From the NCBI RefSeq assembly GCF_006345805.1, contig NC_042999.1, forward strand, positions 109,616,001-109,680,000: DNA of 64,000 bases, read 5' to 3'. Shown one piece after another: positions 51,976 through 64,000 of the stretch. This DNA is from Octopus sinensis. Lineage: Eukaryota. The notes under the pieces were generated by a model. It was not told where the DNA came from and ran no database searches. It saw only the letters and a program-made list of their open reading frames with translations. The translations under genes were made by a program, and so were the position numbers. Numbering within the stretch: position 1 is the stretch's first letter; each line of letters opens with the position of its first letter.

Positions 51976-52002
51976 CTGTGACATGATTATCTTTAGACAT
52001 AC
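51976..52002 (-). CDS. Candidate 27-nt symmetric (phase 1-1) microexon / recursive-splice exon (G-MSKDNHVT)
   Basis: gttccgtttctgttccatcaacag|GTATGTCTAAAGATAATCATGTCACAG|gtgagc. Frame-preserving with no stops between the 58796 and 45575 junctions. No transcript evidence. Confidence 0.5.
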
Positions 52003-52911
52003 CTGTTGATGGAACAGAAACGGAACTTTAGATAAAATTGAGTAGTATTAATCAGTAGACTAGGTTCGCACGAAATATGTACTAATAGCATGCATGAAAA
52101 CTAACAGAAAATTTGCCTTGAAACAAAATATATTGTAATTCACATAGACTCACACACTCACACACACACATGCATAAACATTTCATTCATAATGTACTTC
52201 ATTGATTACTGTGGTATAATTTAACCAATACTAGTGGTCAGAATATTGCAGGCAGCACTCTTAACACAGATTTACTCCAGTGTAAACACATGTTCTACAA
52301 ATATGCATATACACTATACGCACAATTTTTTGCATATAACTATAATAATATAGTTATTTATTTAACAACAATTTATAAACATAATTGCCAACATAAATTA
52401 TTGGGTGATTATTAAATAATATAATATGTAAAAGACAGCCACAGCTATCTTCACATATCATAAAGTACACAGTACTCTAAATTTAAACATGCAACACAGA
52501 CCGTACAAAAGTAACAAGACACTAGTATCTCTCTGTTCAAAATAAAGTATTTCTCTATACAATAGTATAAATAATATAGAAAAGTTTTTATATGTCAAAC
52601 ATTATTTGCTTGACTAGTATTCCATCCACGATCATCCCAGCTTCTTTTGTGTCATATTATATCCAAGACTCATCCAGTTTATTCATCCATTTTTAAGACA
52701 AGGAGAAATTTCAAGGAGATTTTGTTGCTATTTCTTGGAAATCAAGTGGCCATGTAGAGGCTCACATTTTAGGAACTGTGTGCCATGGGTCTGGACAACA
52801 CAACAACAATATGTTGTCAATAATATATAAGCCTCTGTTATTCTTATATGGATTATCAGAGACAAAATCATAGATTACTGACAAGCAACTAACCAGCCTG
52901 TATATACATAC

Positions 52912-52968
<57 letters not shown>

Positions 52969-53972
52969 GGAAATGACTTATCCATCATGAAAAATAACAT
53001 TTTAGACAACCAATCTGAGTAAGACAATACATATAAAATAGCATTAAAAAAGTATCAAACTTAGTTTAGCATATCATAACTTTCAGAAGTAAAGTGTATT
53101 TTTGACTTACAGGATAGTTCAGCAAATAGTTCTTTTAACTGATTATTGCTATATATTATATATACACACATGTGTGTGTGTGTGTGTGTGTGTGTATACA
53201 CATACACATATATGTGTGTGTGTGTGTATATATATATATATTTATATATGTGCAAGTATGTAAGATTCTTGTCATTCAGTATATAGAGTAGAATATATAG
53301 CCAAAGTTTAGAAACCCATGAGTTCCTTTATAGTTTGAACAGTGTGAAGAAAATTCAAATTATTTTTTGAAATATCCTGTTGAAGTTATCCAGCAATACC
53401 CTGAACACAGAATATATTTAAGAAAGAAAAAAAGAAGAGAAGAGATAGGTTTATGCATTTACTCAATATATTCTTACATGTATTTCATTACAGAATAGTT
53501 TTATAGTATTCTTACATGTATTTCATTACAGAATAGTTTTATTGTACTCAAAGATTTACCTTACAATCAGATTGCATAATTGAGATTATATATGAAATGA
53601 GAAATTTGCCTGAGGTGGTTCAACCCACACATCATCTTTCCAACAGAATTTAAACAGGCTGGTAGTTTATAACTTAGAAAGTTTATTTATCACAATGGAG
53701 ATGATGGTAAGTATATTAAGTCACAATGTGGCCTACAGCATTTAATACAGATTTATGATATGAGATGGTAGAGTCAATGACTAGGATAGATATATTAATC
53801 TATTTGAAAGTTGCTATATCTTTAATCATATCTGACCAACACTAGGTAGTTAACATACATTCTCACAAATTCTGTTACATACGGAATGACTTTCACACAC
53901 ATACATATAAATAAATACTCATTTACAAACATATATATATATATTTACAAACACACACACACACACACACAC

Positions 53973-54005
<33 letters not shown>

Positions 54006-54202
54006 TGTATGTATGTATGTGTATACATACGTTTCTATAGTCATTTATATACATACATATATACACAAAAATATGCTTATAATAAATTCCCCCTCCCCCT
54101 ATCGTGTGTATATATATATATATATATATATAAATTTGAACTATGAAGACCTGTACATATATCTGTGTGGATATATATATATATATATCTTTATATATAT
54201 AT

Positions 54203-54308
54203 ATGTCATTTACACACACTTATATTAATGCTATACACACACATGCACTTATATATATATAAGTGCATATGTGTGTATAGCATTAATATAAGTGTGTGTA
54301 AATGACAT
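54203..54308. repeat. 106-bp near-perfect palindrome
   Basis: 48-bp arms with 1 mismatch around a self-complementary (AT)5 centre. Confidence 0.92.
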
Positions 54309-54737
54309 TCTATATGTATGTGTAAATATAAGTTGCCTAGCGTTGGTCAGGTAAAAGTGAGAATTAAACGAAGCTTTCAAGCAGATTAATATATCTATCC
54401 TAATCATTAGTGCTTGCCATCTGGTAACAAAAATCTATGTTCATTCTTCTAGACCACAAGACAATTTAGCACACCATCATCTCTATTATAAGAAACTTTC
54501 TCCTTATAAACTGCTAACCCATTTAAATAAATTCTTTGGCCTTAATCATGGCAGAAGTTAGGTTGAACTATTATAAATTTTCTTATATTCTATACAATCT
54601 CTGAAGATTTGATGATGCAATCCGATTGTATGGTAAAACCTTTTATAAAGAATCTATTGATTGTAGAAACACATGTAAGAATGTATTGAATAAATGTAAA
54701 AACTTATCTCCATTCTTATGATATATACAAATGTATG

Positions 54738-54792
<55 letters not shown>

Positions 54793-54805
54793 CATACATA
54801 CATAA

Positions 54806-54874
<69 letters not shown>

Positions 54875-57800
54875 CACATATATATGTTTGTTGTTGACCA
54901 ACTATTAGATATACAGAAGCAGAAAGTACACTTTAAAGATATTAATATGTAAAGGCAACTGTCATTTTGCATAAAGTGAGACTTCCCATTCTCTGAATAA
55001 GCTTAAAGAAACAGGTTCAGAAAATTATTATCTGTTAGAAGTTCTGGCAAAAGAAAACAGAAATGGCATGAATAAGTTATAGTTAATAATGCATGCCTAA
55101 ATTTGAATAACTCGAAAAAGTACTTCACTCGCAAAAATGACATAAAAAGCCAAACACTCTATTTTCAAGTGTATTTTTTGCATAACCAAGTGGTTTGAAT
55201 TGTGTGATGAAACAAAGGAGAATTTATCTTATAAGCAAGAATGTTAATAATGATTTTAAAGTGTTAGAACATCTCTTTAACAGAAAAATTGTTATAATAA
55301 AGAATAAATGCTATCTTGGCTTTTTTTCTTCTCTTTATCATCCATTCTTTTTTCTATTAAGATAATGTAGAAATGGAAAAGATATTCAGATAAAAATAAA
55401 CTAAGATATGAAGCGACAATAGATTTTTTAGTTTCAATGCCAACAATGGTAAGATACTGAAGTTTGAAAAAAAAAAAAATCAAAGTGCTTATAAGATAAA
55501 TAAAATATATCATAAATGTTCCATAGATGGCCATGTTGATTTAGTGTATGGCTGAAATAGGTTAAATATCAGTGTTTATGTGTCTTAAGGCTAAAACAGT
55601 TCTTACAAGACAACATTTAGATTTAGAGAATTCTTAATTACTGTTAACAGTGATACAAAATTAATTAGAAGATCTGATTTCAAAGACTTACATTTTGTTC
55701 CGCTCATGAAATATGATTGGTCTACAAGAACAGAATAAGAAACCTCAGACCTAATGTCAAATAACATGCCAAATTATATTTGTTAGAAAAATCAAATCAA
55801 TTAAACTGAGATGTATTAATGATATATATTACTGGTGAATTTAAAGTCTATTATTTCTCAAGCAGATAAGAAATATCTTCATTATAGTTATATAATTTTT
55901 TTGAGATTTTTATGTAATACTGAAGAAATGAAAGGTAATTGAAGCATAATGTAGAAATATTTAAAGGGAAATAACGTTACATCATTAAAAAGAAGAAAAA
56001 CACTTTTAAAAGTCAATCTGATCATTGTAAACACAGAAGTTAGAACTTCTTTTTATTGACTCTTTTATATTTTTTATTGTATTTTTTTCGTAAAAAGAAA
56101 TGTTATGTTAATATTTTATCCATAATTAATATATGACATAGCGGACTTTAGACAAAGGACAAAGCATAGAAAATATATGGGATTAACAAGGAAGAGGGAA
56201 CAGCACAATATGCCCTTTCAAGGGCCCTCCCAGAATAGTGTAATTCAGAATTAAAGAATGTAAACAAAGAGACTGTTTGTTTATATGATTTAAACATGCA
56301 TCTTTAAATTTAAATTCTTCAAGGTCTGGCTTTAATTTTTACAATTATATCTTTTTTGTTATTCTGCTAGAGAATGAACAGCACAAAAGACCTTTGCAAG
56401 CTTGCAGATTACTGATATTGATACAGTTGACATTGTTTTTAGGACTAATAAGTATCATTGATTATATTTTCTCAATACATTTACAAAAAAAAAGAAAAAT
56501 ATTTTGTATTTTCCTCCATAATGCAAGAAGTTCATTGGATCCCTAGCACAATAATGTTTCACCAAGAAATGAAGAAATGTGATGAACAAGTATTCTTGAA
56601 TAACTTCCTCTATGAAATATAAACATAACTAAAGTTATATTTATCAATAAATTATTAAACATTTACTTATTTTTAAAAATCCTCCGAGCTTGGAATGAGG
56701 ACTTGGTTTGCACAAAGGAAGTAGCACTCCTATACAATAACTCTTTTCTAACTGGCTTGATTGTTAGGAAATCCTTTGCCAATAGAAACACCTTCCTGTG
56801 GTGTATACTGGGTGTATTTTGGTACAATTTGATGTGAAGACTGAATATATTAACCTTGATTTTGGCAATTAGTCTAAGCAGTGAACACATCAAATGTAGT
56901 ACCTGGAACCATCATGAGAGCTAATCTTCATTTTGAATAATCAGCATCAGTTGGATGGATGACAAAAAATATCTTTGTATTTGTCTACATTATCAAAGTA
57001 GATAGATATAGTTTTGTCTGATGTTGACCAGATGGGCCACAACCTATACATAATGAATAGGTACACACAGCAAATTGTTGATGTAGTTCAGACATATACC
57101 GTTTGCCTGTTACAGAAAAAATGCTAAGGGGGTTTAAACACAGTCATCATATTTGCAACTAAAACATAGCCCCTGCCATCAGAAGTGAAAATAAAGAAAA
57201 ACGAATATGTGCAAAATGGAAATCAGTTAAATTATGTGTAAATCACAAAAAAGACTTGATTTTTGATGAATAAAAAAAAAAAATCGTACTTAATGTGAAT
57301 ATTTATCAATTGTGTTTTTAAAAATTTCTTGGAGTTATGTTCAAAAATAAAATTCATTGAAATATTTTATTAAAGAACAACATTTTATAAGTTTTGCACA
57401 CAGCAGATAATGAACCTTCTAAGATATATGAAACATGCACATGCAAATAAATAAATAAATAACTTGATAACTGAATAAATAAAATGATTTCAAGTAAAAA
57501 TGCTAGTAGTTCATTCATCTAAATTCTGTATATTTTATTTCTGTGAACATTTTTCAAGAACAAGAAACTAAATGTAATGCCATCTATCATTGCAAAATTA
57601 TTACAAGGCTTTTTATTTGGTGAGCTCGATTGAGAAATAAATTGGAATATGTAAGCCATGCAGAGATTTCCAAAGACTAAATATGTAAGCTACATTGATG
57701 TTCTCAAACTATATGAGGTTAAATAGCATGTAACCCATTCTGCTGTGAAAAAAATAAAAAAATTGAAATTTGAAAAATTTCATTTCTATGTGGATGATTA

Positions 57801-58795
57801 CAAACAAAAGACAAATGTCCTTTTCTTTAACTTGGTATTGCAACAACAAATTTACCATAGAAAATAATAGTTGCTCATAAGTAACGGCAGTTGGTCTATT
57901 ATTGACATTTTTCATTGATAAAAACAAAATTGTTGCCTTGTGAAAAAGAACAAAATAAAAAATAATATAACTGATGTCAGAGGAATAGCATTTATCAGAT
58001 AAATGTTTTTTTTTTATCAGATAAACAAAATTTGCAAATTTATTTTTACAATTTATTTTTGTTGCTGTTGTCAGATGCATAGACCTTGCAGCATAACATT
58101 CTGAGATCAAATACTTCCTATTGGATATCAACAAAGTCAACATAGGCATGTCCCAGTGTGTCACCACTTGTACCAGTATATTACAGATTCTAAGCCTAAA
58201 TATTTGAACTCAAACCTGTTATATTGAATCCTTTTATAATCGAGTATCATTCTATCTGAACCAATCTAATATTTGGCAATGATCAACTTTAGATGATAAA
58301 CTGCCAATCTTTTACACATGGTTATCAGCTTAAATGAATATAACATTCTTAATGTTGATTACAAAATGTTATAAACAATTTTATTAGATGATAATTTTGT
58401 CAGGACAAGAAACTAAGTTTTTAAAATTTATTTTTATTTTAATTCTATTACATTTTTATATTATAAATGCAACTTTCATATTACTATGCTAGCAGTTTCT
58501 TGTTATGAATGTTGTGAAAGGCTTGATAGCTTAAAATAAGAGACAAGAATGATGATTAATTGCTAATGGACAATGGTCAACACCATTATGGTTGTTCTTA
58601 CTGAACTTCTACATAAAGTAGCATGTCATAAAATATGTAAAGCCAATGATGGTAAAAGAAACTGCCATAACTCTATGAAAATAAATACTTCTCTTTTACT
58701 TTGAGTGGATTGAGGTAATCAGAGAAAAGAGCAAAATGGAAACTGAAAGTGTAAATGGGAAAATTGACACAATAATATTTAGCGTAGTCACTTAC

Positions 58796-58879
58796 CTTCA
58801 TATGCACCTAAGTGATCATCTATTTGACCAGCACATGCTTTCCTCCACAGAGGCTTGTAGGAATGATATGTCTGTATGT
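58796..58879 (-). CDS. Candidate upstream 84-nt coding exon of the same gene (x-IQTYHSYKPLWRKACAGQIDDHLGAYE)
   Basis: Acceptor gcattttctcccattag| and consensus donor AAG|gtaagt (58795). Phase 1-1, open in the frame required by the 45575 exon (G+AT = Asp). Confidence 0.62.
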
Positions 58880-60073
58880 CTAATGGGAGAAAATGCAGTT
58901 GTATAGGGACAGGAAGCAAAAGACTTTCATGACAATACAATTTAATTAACTAAAAATGCAAAGAAAGTGTTGGTTTTTTTAGCAATTAAAGCAAATATTT
59001 TAAAAGCAATAAAGTATTTGGTTTTTAGTTTCTGAGCATGTAAATTAGTGCTCTTCTCCCACATCCCTTATAAAGACTGCACATTATATATGTGTGTCTG
59101 TGTGTATACATATGTACATTGTTTTATATTAATTATTTTGCTTAGAAAATTATTTGTTATTGAAACTACATTACGTAGCTTCCACCTGCTTTTACAAAGG
59201 TCAATAAAAAACACTCTCAGTCAAGAAACAGTGGTACAAGAGTGTAGAAGAAGCTAATGATAACAAATGCTTTATGACTTTTGCCTAGTTGATAGTTGTG
59301 TATAATGATAGGTTATATGTCTTGGCCTTTTTTTTTTTTTGCATTTACAATAAATATAACAAAAACATTATTATTTCTAAATCTTTCAATGAGAGACATA
59401 CAGTAACTACTTTAAAGTATAGATTATTTGCCAATATAATATCGCAGTCTCCAGTTCAAAAATATAAGGACACAGATAGTGTGTTATATAGCCAGCTGGA
59501 GACAATGTTTCCAGGGGCTAAACAACAGTAGCATTCATCCCAACCAGGACTGCCATATTATACTGGCAAATAATCTTTACAATAAATATAACATTTCCCT
59601 TTTAAAATGTATGTAGATAATTACAACATCATCACCATCATCATCACTATCTAAACAACTGTTTCTCGATATGCATATTATTTGTGAATATGTATATTCT
59701 TTACTTGAAGAGAGAACTGTAAAAAGGTTTGCAAATTTATTGAGTTTTAAGAGAATATTGAATGAGCACTATGAATGGTACTTAGGAAACGGATTTGGAG
59801 GGAAATTTTCATTTAGTGAGTAGTTCTTTCTGTCTCACTGTTCCCATCATTATCAAATACCTAACCAAAATAAGCAAATCATTTGCAAAGAAATTTTTTT
59901 CTAGTGGGAAAATATTAACTATAAAAAAAAAAGAATACATAAAATTATAAAGTAAACAAAAGAACTGTGCAAGAATTTGTAATTTTAGTGTTTGTGTCTG
60001 TGTATAAGTGTATGTGTGTGTGAAATTGAGTTATAAACTCAATTCACTAGAAACTTATACTATGACATCCACC

Positions 60074-60075
<2 letters not shown>

Positions 60076-60132
<57 letters not shown>
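60076..60132. repeat. (AAT)n microsatellite
   Basis: Directly visible. Confidence 0.97.
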
Positions 60133-61094
60133 CTTAAATTTGATTGAATTTTCACATTTTGGAATCTACAGTAACAAAGATTGAACTTTAAAATTGTGAT
60201 TTTTTAAAAAGGTATTCCATGTTTTTTGTAATCTTTGCCAGTTGTGGAAACAAATGCTGATAGCGCTTATATATTCTACTATGTGCAGCACTGAATGCAT
60301 ATCTCAGCAGCAGTTGGTAGAAATACCTTATTGACTTCAGCTATAGTTATTATTATATAGGTGATGGTTGGTGAGAAAAGAGCACTAAAATTGGCACAAG
60401 CTGGCAACAATGTGGCTTCTAGTAGCAGGGTTATGCAATCTCTAACATTTTTCATGAACTGTGTGCGAATGTATTTTTTATATTTATATAATTTTCCTCA
60501 AAACTAACCTTTTAAACATTCCCTTTGCATCTCCCGCTCCCCATCTCAACATACACCATTATCAAAATCAAAAGGACACCTGAGGATAATGTGGATCTTG
60601 ATATACAAAGATATGTTATGGATATGGATGGAGTATCTTTCATCATGCCTGCTTGATCAGAGCTGACATAAGGCTAAATAACATCAAGCATTTACAGTGC
60701 ATTTCAGTTTCAGAATTATGTTTACACTTATATGCAAAACAGTTAAGAAACTATGTTTAGTATGTCAGTAGATACTTAATCGATAACCTTTGTACTAATA
60801 AGAGATATCGTCAAAATAAAACATCAGGAGAAATATTTCACTTATAAAACCATTTATAAAACTATATAATAAAAAAAAATTTATAAAATAAAACTATCCA
60901 GTTTAGAACTAGAATAGCTTTTACTGAACTTCATAATTCTAGAAAATTGATAACAAAAATACCTTTTAGTTGCTGATTTGCAGAAAGAGAATGGACAAAC
61001 AATAATGGCATAAAAAAAGAGTACTAGTAGTTGGATCACCTATGTTAACTAAATAATAATAATAATGATGATGATAATGATAATAATAATAGTA

Positions 61095-61570
61095 TCCTTT
61101 CTACTATAAGCACAAGACCTGAAATTTTGGGCAAGAGGACTAGTCGATTACATTCACCCCTGTGCATAACTGGTACTTATTTCATTGACCCTGAAAGGAT
61201 GAAAGACAAAGTCGACCTTGGTGGAATTTGAACTCAGAATATAAAGATGGACGAAATGCCACTAAACATTTTCCCCAGCGTACTCACAATTTTTCCAGCT
61301 TGCTACCTTAGACGATGATGATGATAATAATAATAACAATAATAATAATAATAATCCTTTCAACTGGGAGCACAATGCCTCAAAATAGGGGGAAGGGATT
61401 AAGTCAATTACATCGACCCCAGTGCATAACTGGTACTTATTTCATCAACTCTGAAAGAATGAAAGGCAAAGTCAACCCCAGCGGAATTTGAACTCAGAAC
61501 ATAGCGACAGATGAAATATTGCTAAGCATTTCACCCAGCATGCTAATGATTCTGCCAGCTTGCCACCTTA
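61095..61570 (-). mobile_element. Two tandem family-B SINEs separated and flanked by (AAT)/(GAT) microsatellites
   Basis: 61095-61310 and 61354-61570 are each the reverse complement of the 6536-6750 layout. Confidence 0.8.
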
Positions 61571-64000
61571 ATAATAATAATAATAATAATAATAATATAA
61601 TAATAATAATAATATGGCATTTGTCAAAATCTAGAAATTTCCTAAGAGACCCTCTTAGAAAATTGTCATGTTTTTAATGAAATTAGGTTCATATTGAACA
61701 GAACTACTTGTGCTTTATTGAATAATTACAAATCATGAGTGAAGTGGTCACTAAACAGTACATTTGAAGTTACAAAATAAAAATAAGTGATGGAGACATT
61801 AATAAAAAAAGACTTTTTAATAATGTACGTGTGTGTATGTATATATATATATATACTACACACAAATATTACTCATATATACCTATCATACATGCACACA
61901 AACATGTACAGATATTTTCATCATAATCATGTTTTAATGCCCAGGTTTCCATGATACCATGGATCAGATGTTGTTCCTGTTGCCAACCTTCACCTGTTCC
62001 CAAGCAAGGTAATAATTCGCCTGAGTAAGGAGATATGTGTGTGTGTATGTATGTGTATTATATATATATATATATATATACATAAGTAATTCCAATGTAA
62101 TTCCTTTATTCTCTAGTGTTCTGATGAAAAATTTGCTAAAGAATTATAATGGAGTATCCTGTATGTTGAAAACCTATATGGTCTCATGCTTCCGAGGAGA
62201 GCAGTTTATTTCAAATTGATATAATGCTTGCATTGATCGATTAAATGAAGCCACTTGAAACAGCCGTAATGCACTGATACCTTGGCATCCTCATTAGTTA
62301 TTTGCTTTTTATTCACCTAACTTCGAGCTGTGCGAACAGCACTGGACTGACTTGGTACCTCAACTTAAGTACCTAATTCAACTAAATCTTAATTATTTCT
62401 CTACATAAGTATATGTACATATAATTGCTGTCAAAATGCAATAGCATGAACAACTGCCATAGGGTATACCATTGGACATGAATGGTTCCAGCAATCTACT
62501 TCCTTGAATTAGTACTGTTTTATCAACCTCAGAAGGATGAAATGCAAAGTTATATCCTATTAAATGCACAGACAACTCTGCTAATTAGTTGCCTTGATAA
62601 ATATTATCTCCCTCAGTCTTTTACCATATACATACATATACATATATATATATAATAGAATAGTATTATATATATGTGTGTGTGTGTATCAGTATATTTG
62701 ATAGATAAATACTATATCCATATCTTTCTATATATATATATAAAAAAAGTTGAGATTTTTTTTATTTTTCATAGTTTTTTTAAAAAGAAAATATTTGATG
62801 AGTCAGGCTTGAAATTGTTGGCAGAAAATTGGCACCTGTCATAGAGTGACAAGCTGATCTGATCTAATGTATAACGACATATTTAATTCTTATTGCTTGG
62901 ATACTCACATGGAGAAGAACCATGTTTGAATGCCTGTTTATACATATTCAAACACATATGCATGCACGCACATATATATATATATATATATATATGAGAG
63001 AAAAAGAGAGAGACACACAAAGATGGAGAGTAGAATTAAATACACTTTTACATATGCATGCATAAAGCTGCACATAAAATGGAACATAAGAGAGATTCTA
63101 TTGATACCTTAATGACTATGTCACTGACCTAGACATAACTTGCATTTTAATTGGATTTTATGTAAGGAAGAATTGCTGCCCTACTCTTCTCTGCTGCCTG
63201 CAGATATGCATACACATATATCAATGTCATCTCTCTATCCAGGGATACCAGAGTACAGGGATAAGAAATGAGCTAGGGAGTTGCTACTGGAGGCAGTAGC
63301 TGTCACCTTGACATTGTGATGACTTAGAGAGTCCACTGTGGATTTTCAAGGATTTTCAACCTACATTCAGTTTTGTTCTGTTCCCCAGTCTGTCAACACA
63401 CTTTCTTGTTCTCATACATAGAAATTTCATGACAGAATCTAGATATAATACCTCTTCTCAATAATTAAGATTTTAAAAACTGATGCTGAGTAACCTCTTT
63501 AGATTCGCTCACATAACTACACAAAGCACATGTACCAAGCCAACAAAGTAGTTATGTAGTCTTTTGACTTGTTAGAAATAGCAAGTAAACTCCTTTCAAA
63601 TTCAGTCCAACCTTCTTTAAAGAAAATGGCCATGTCTAGAATGCTTTTGATCAGAGTTGACCAGGAGCTAAACAATATCAACTGTATAGATATATATTTC
63701 TGCAAACATACTAAATTTGTATTGCGAGCAAATTTCAGAAACAAGATGTTGTTTTCTTCTTTTTACTTAGCTTTTAAAACTTAAATTCTCTGCTGAAAGT
63801 AGCAGTTTTGCCAACAATTATTTAGTTAATGCTTGCATAAAAAAAAATCTAATGACAAAATCTATTAGGATTTCTAAGTATTATTTATCACTGCTAACTT
63901 TAAAAAATATCTATGATAAATCGGTAAGCCATTTGTTTAATTACATGGGGAAACAAATTCATCAGACACTCTGCTAAGTTTGTAAATATATAGTGTATAG

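Noticed and set aside
62281-62316. 36-nt minus-strand exon candidate (VNKKQITNEDAK) with AG/GT ends
   Set aside because: No pyrimidine tract, weak donor (GTATCA), and open only in phase 0, which does not fit the phase-1 downstream exon.
1-64000. CRISPR arrays, operons, rRNA or genuine tRNA genes
   Set aside because: Eukaryotic intron-rich DNA. No regularly spaced repeat-spacer arrays were seen, and the tRNA-like A/B boxes belong to SINE heads and do not form cloverleafs.

Overview
AT-rich, microsatellite- and retroelement-dense animal genomic DNA. The SINE/MITE repertoire and (AT)n/(TAA)n load suggest a coleoid cephalopod, probably Octopus (inference). The one protein-coding gene I can support is on the minus strand: a lin-29/rotund (ZNF384/ZNF362-family) transcription factor with six C2H2 fingers. 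It is assembled here from exons 58879-58796 (84 nt), a candidate 27-nt microexon 52002-51976, 45575-45391 and 36820-35870; its first exon is probably outside the window. Top observations: (1) an intronic, inverted, imperfect copy of the finger-4 coding sequence (37116-37259) that would fold back on the exon in the pre-mRNA as an ADAR-type editing complementary sequence, with an A:C mismatch on the codon for the DNA-contacting helix +3 Asn; (2) a CAG|GTATGT recursive-splice-like site with a frame-preserving 27-nt exon near the midpoint of a 13-kb intron. The left third holds decayed L1/Tx1, RTE, R4/Dong, Tc1/mariner, SINE and MITE copies, a Penelope-type minimal hammerhead ribozyme, a twin-primed RTE and a duplication-inversion that splits a SINE. 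All alignments and folds were done by eye; no database searches were run.
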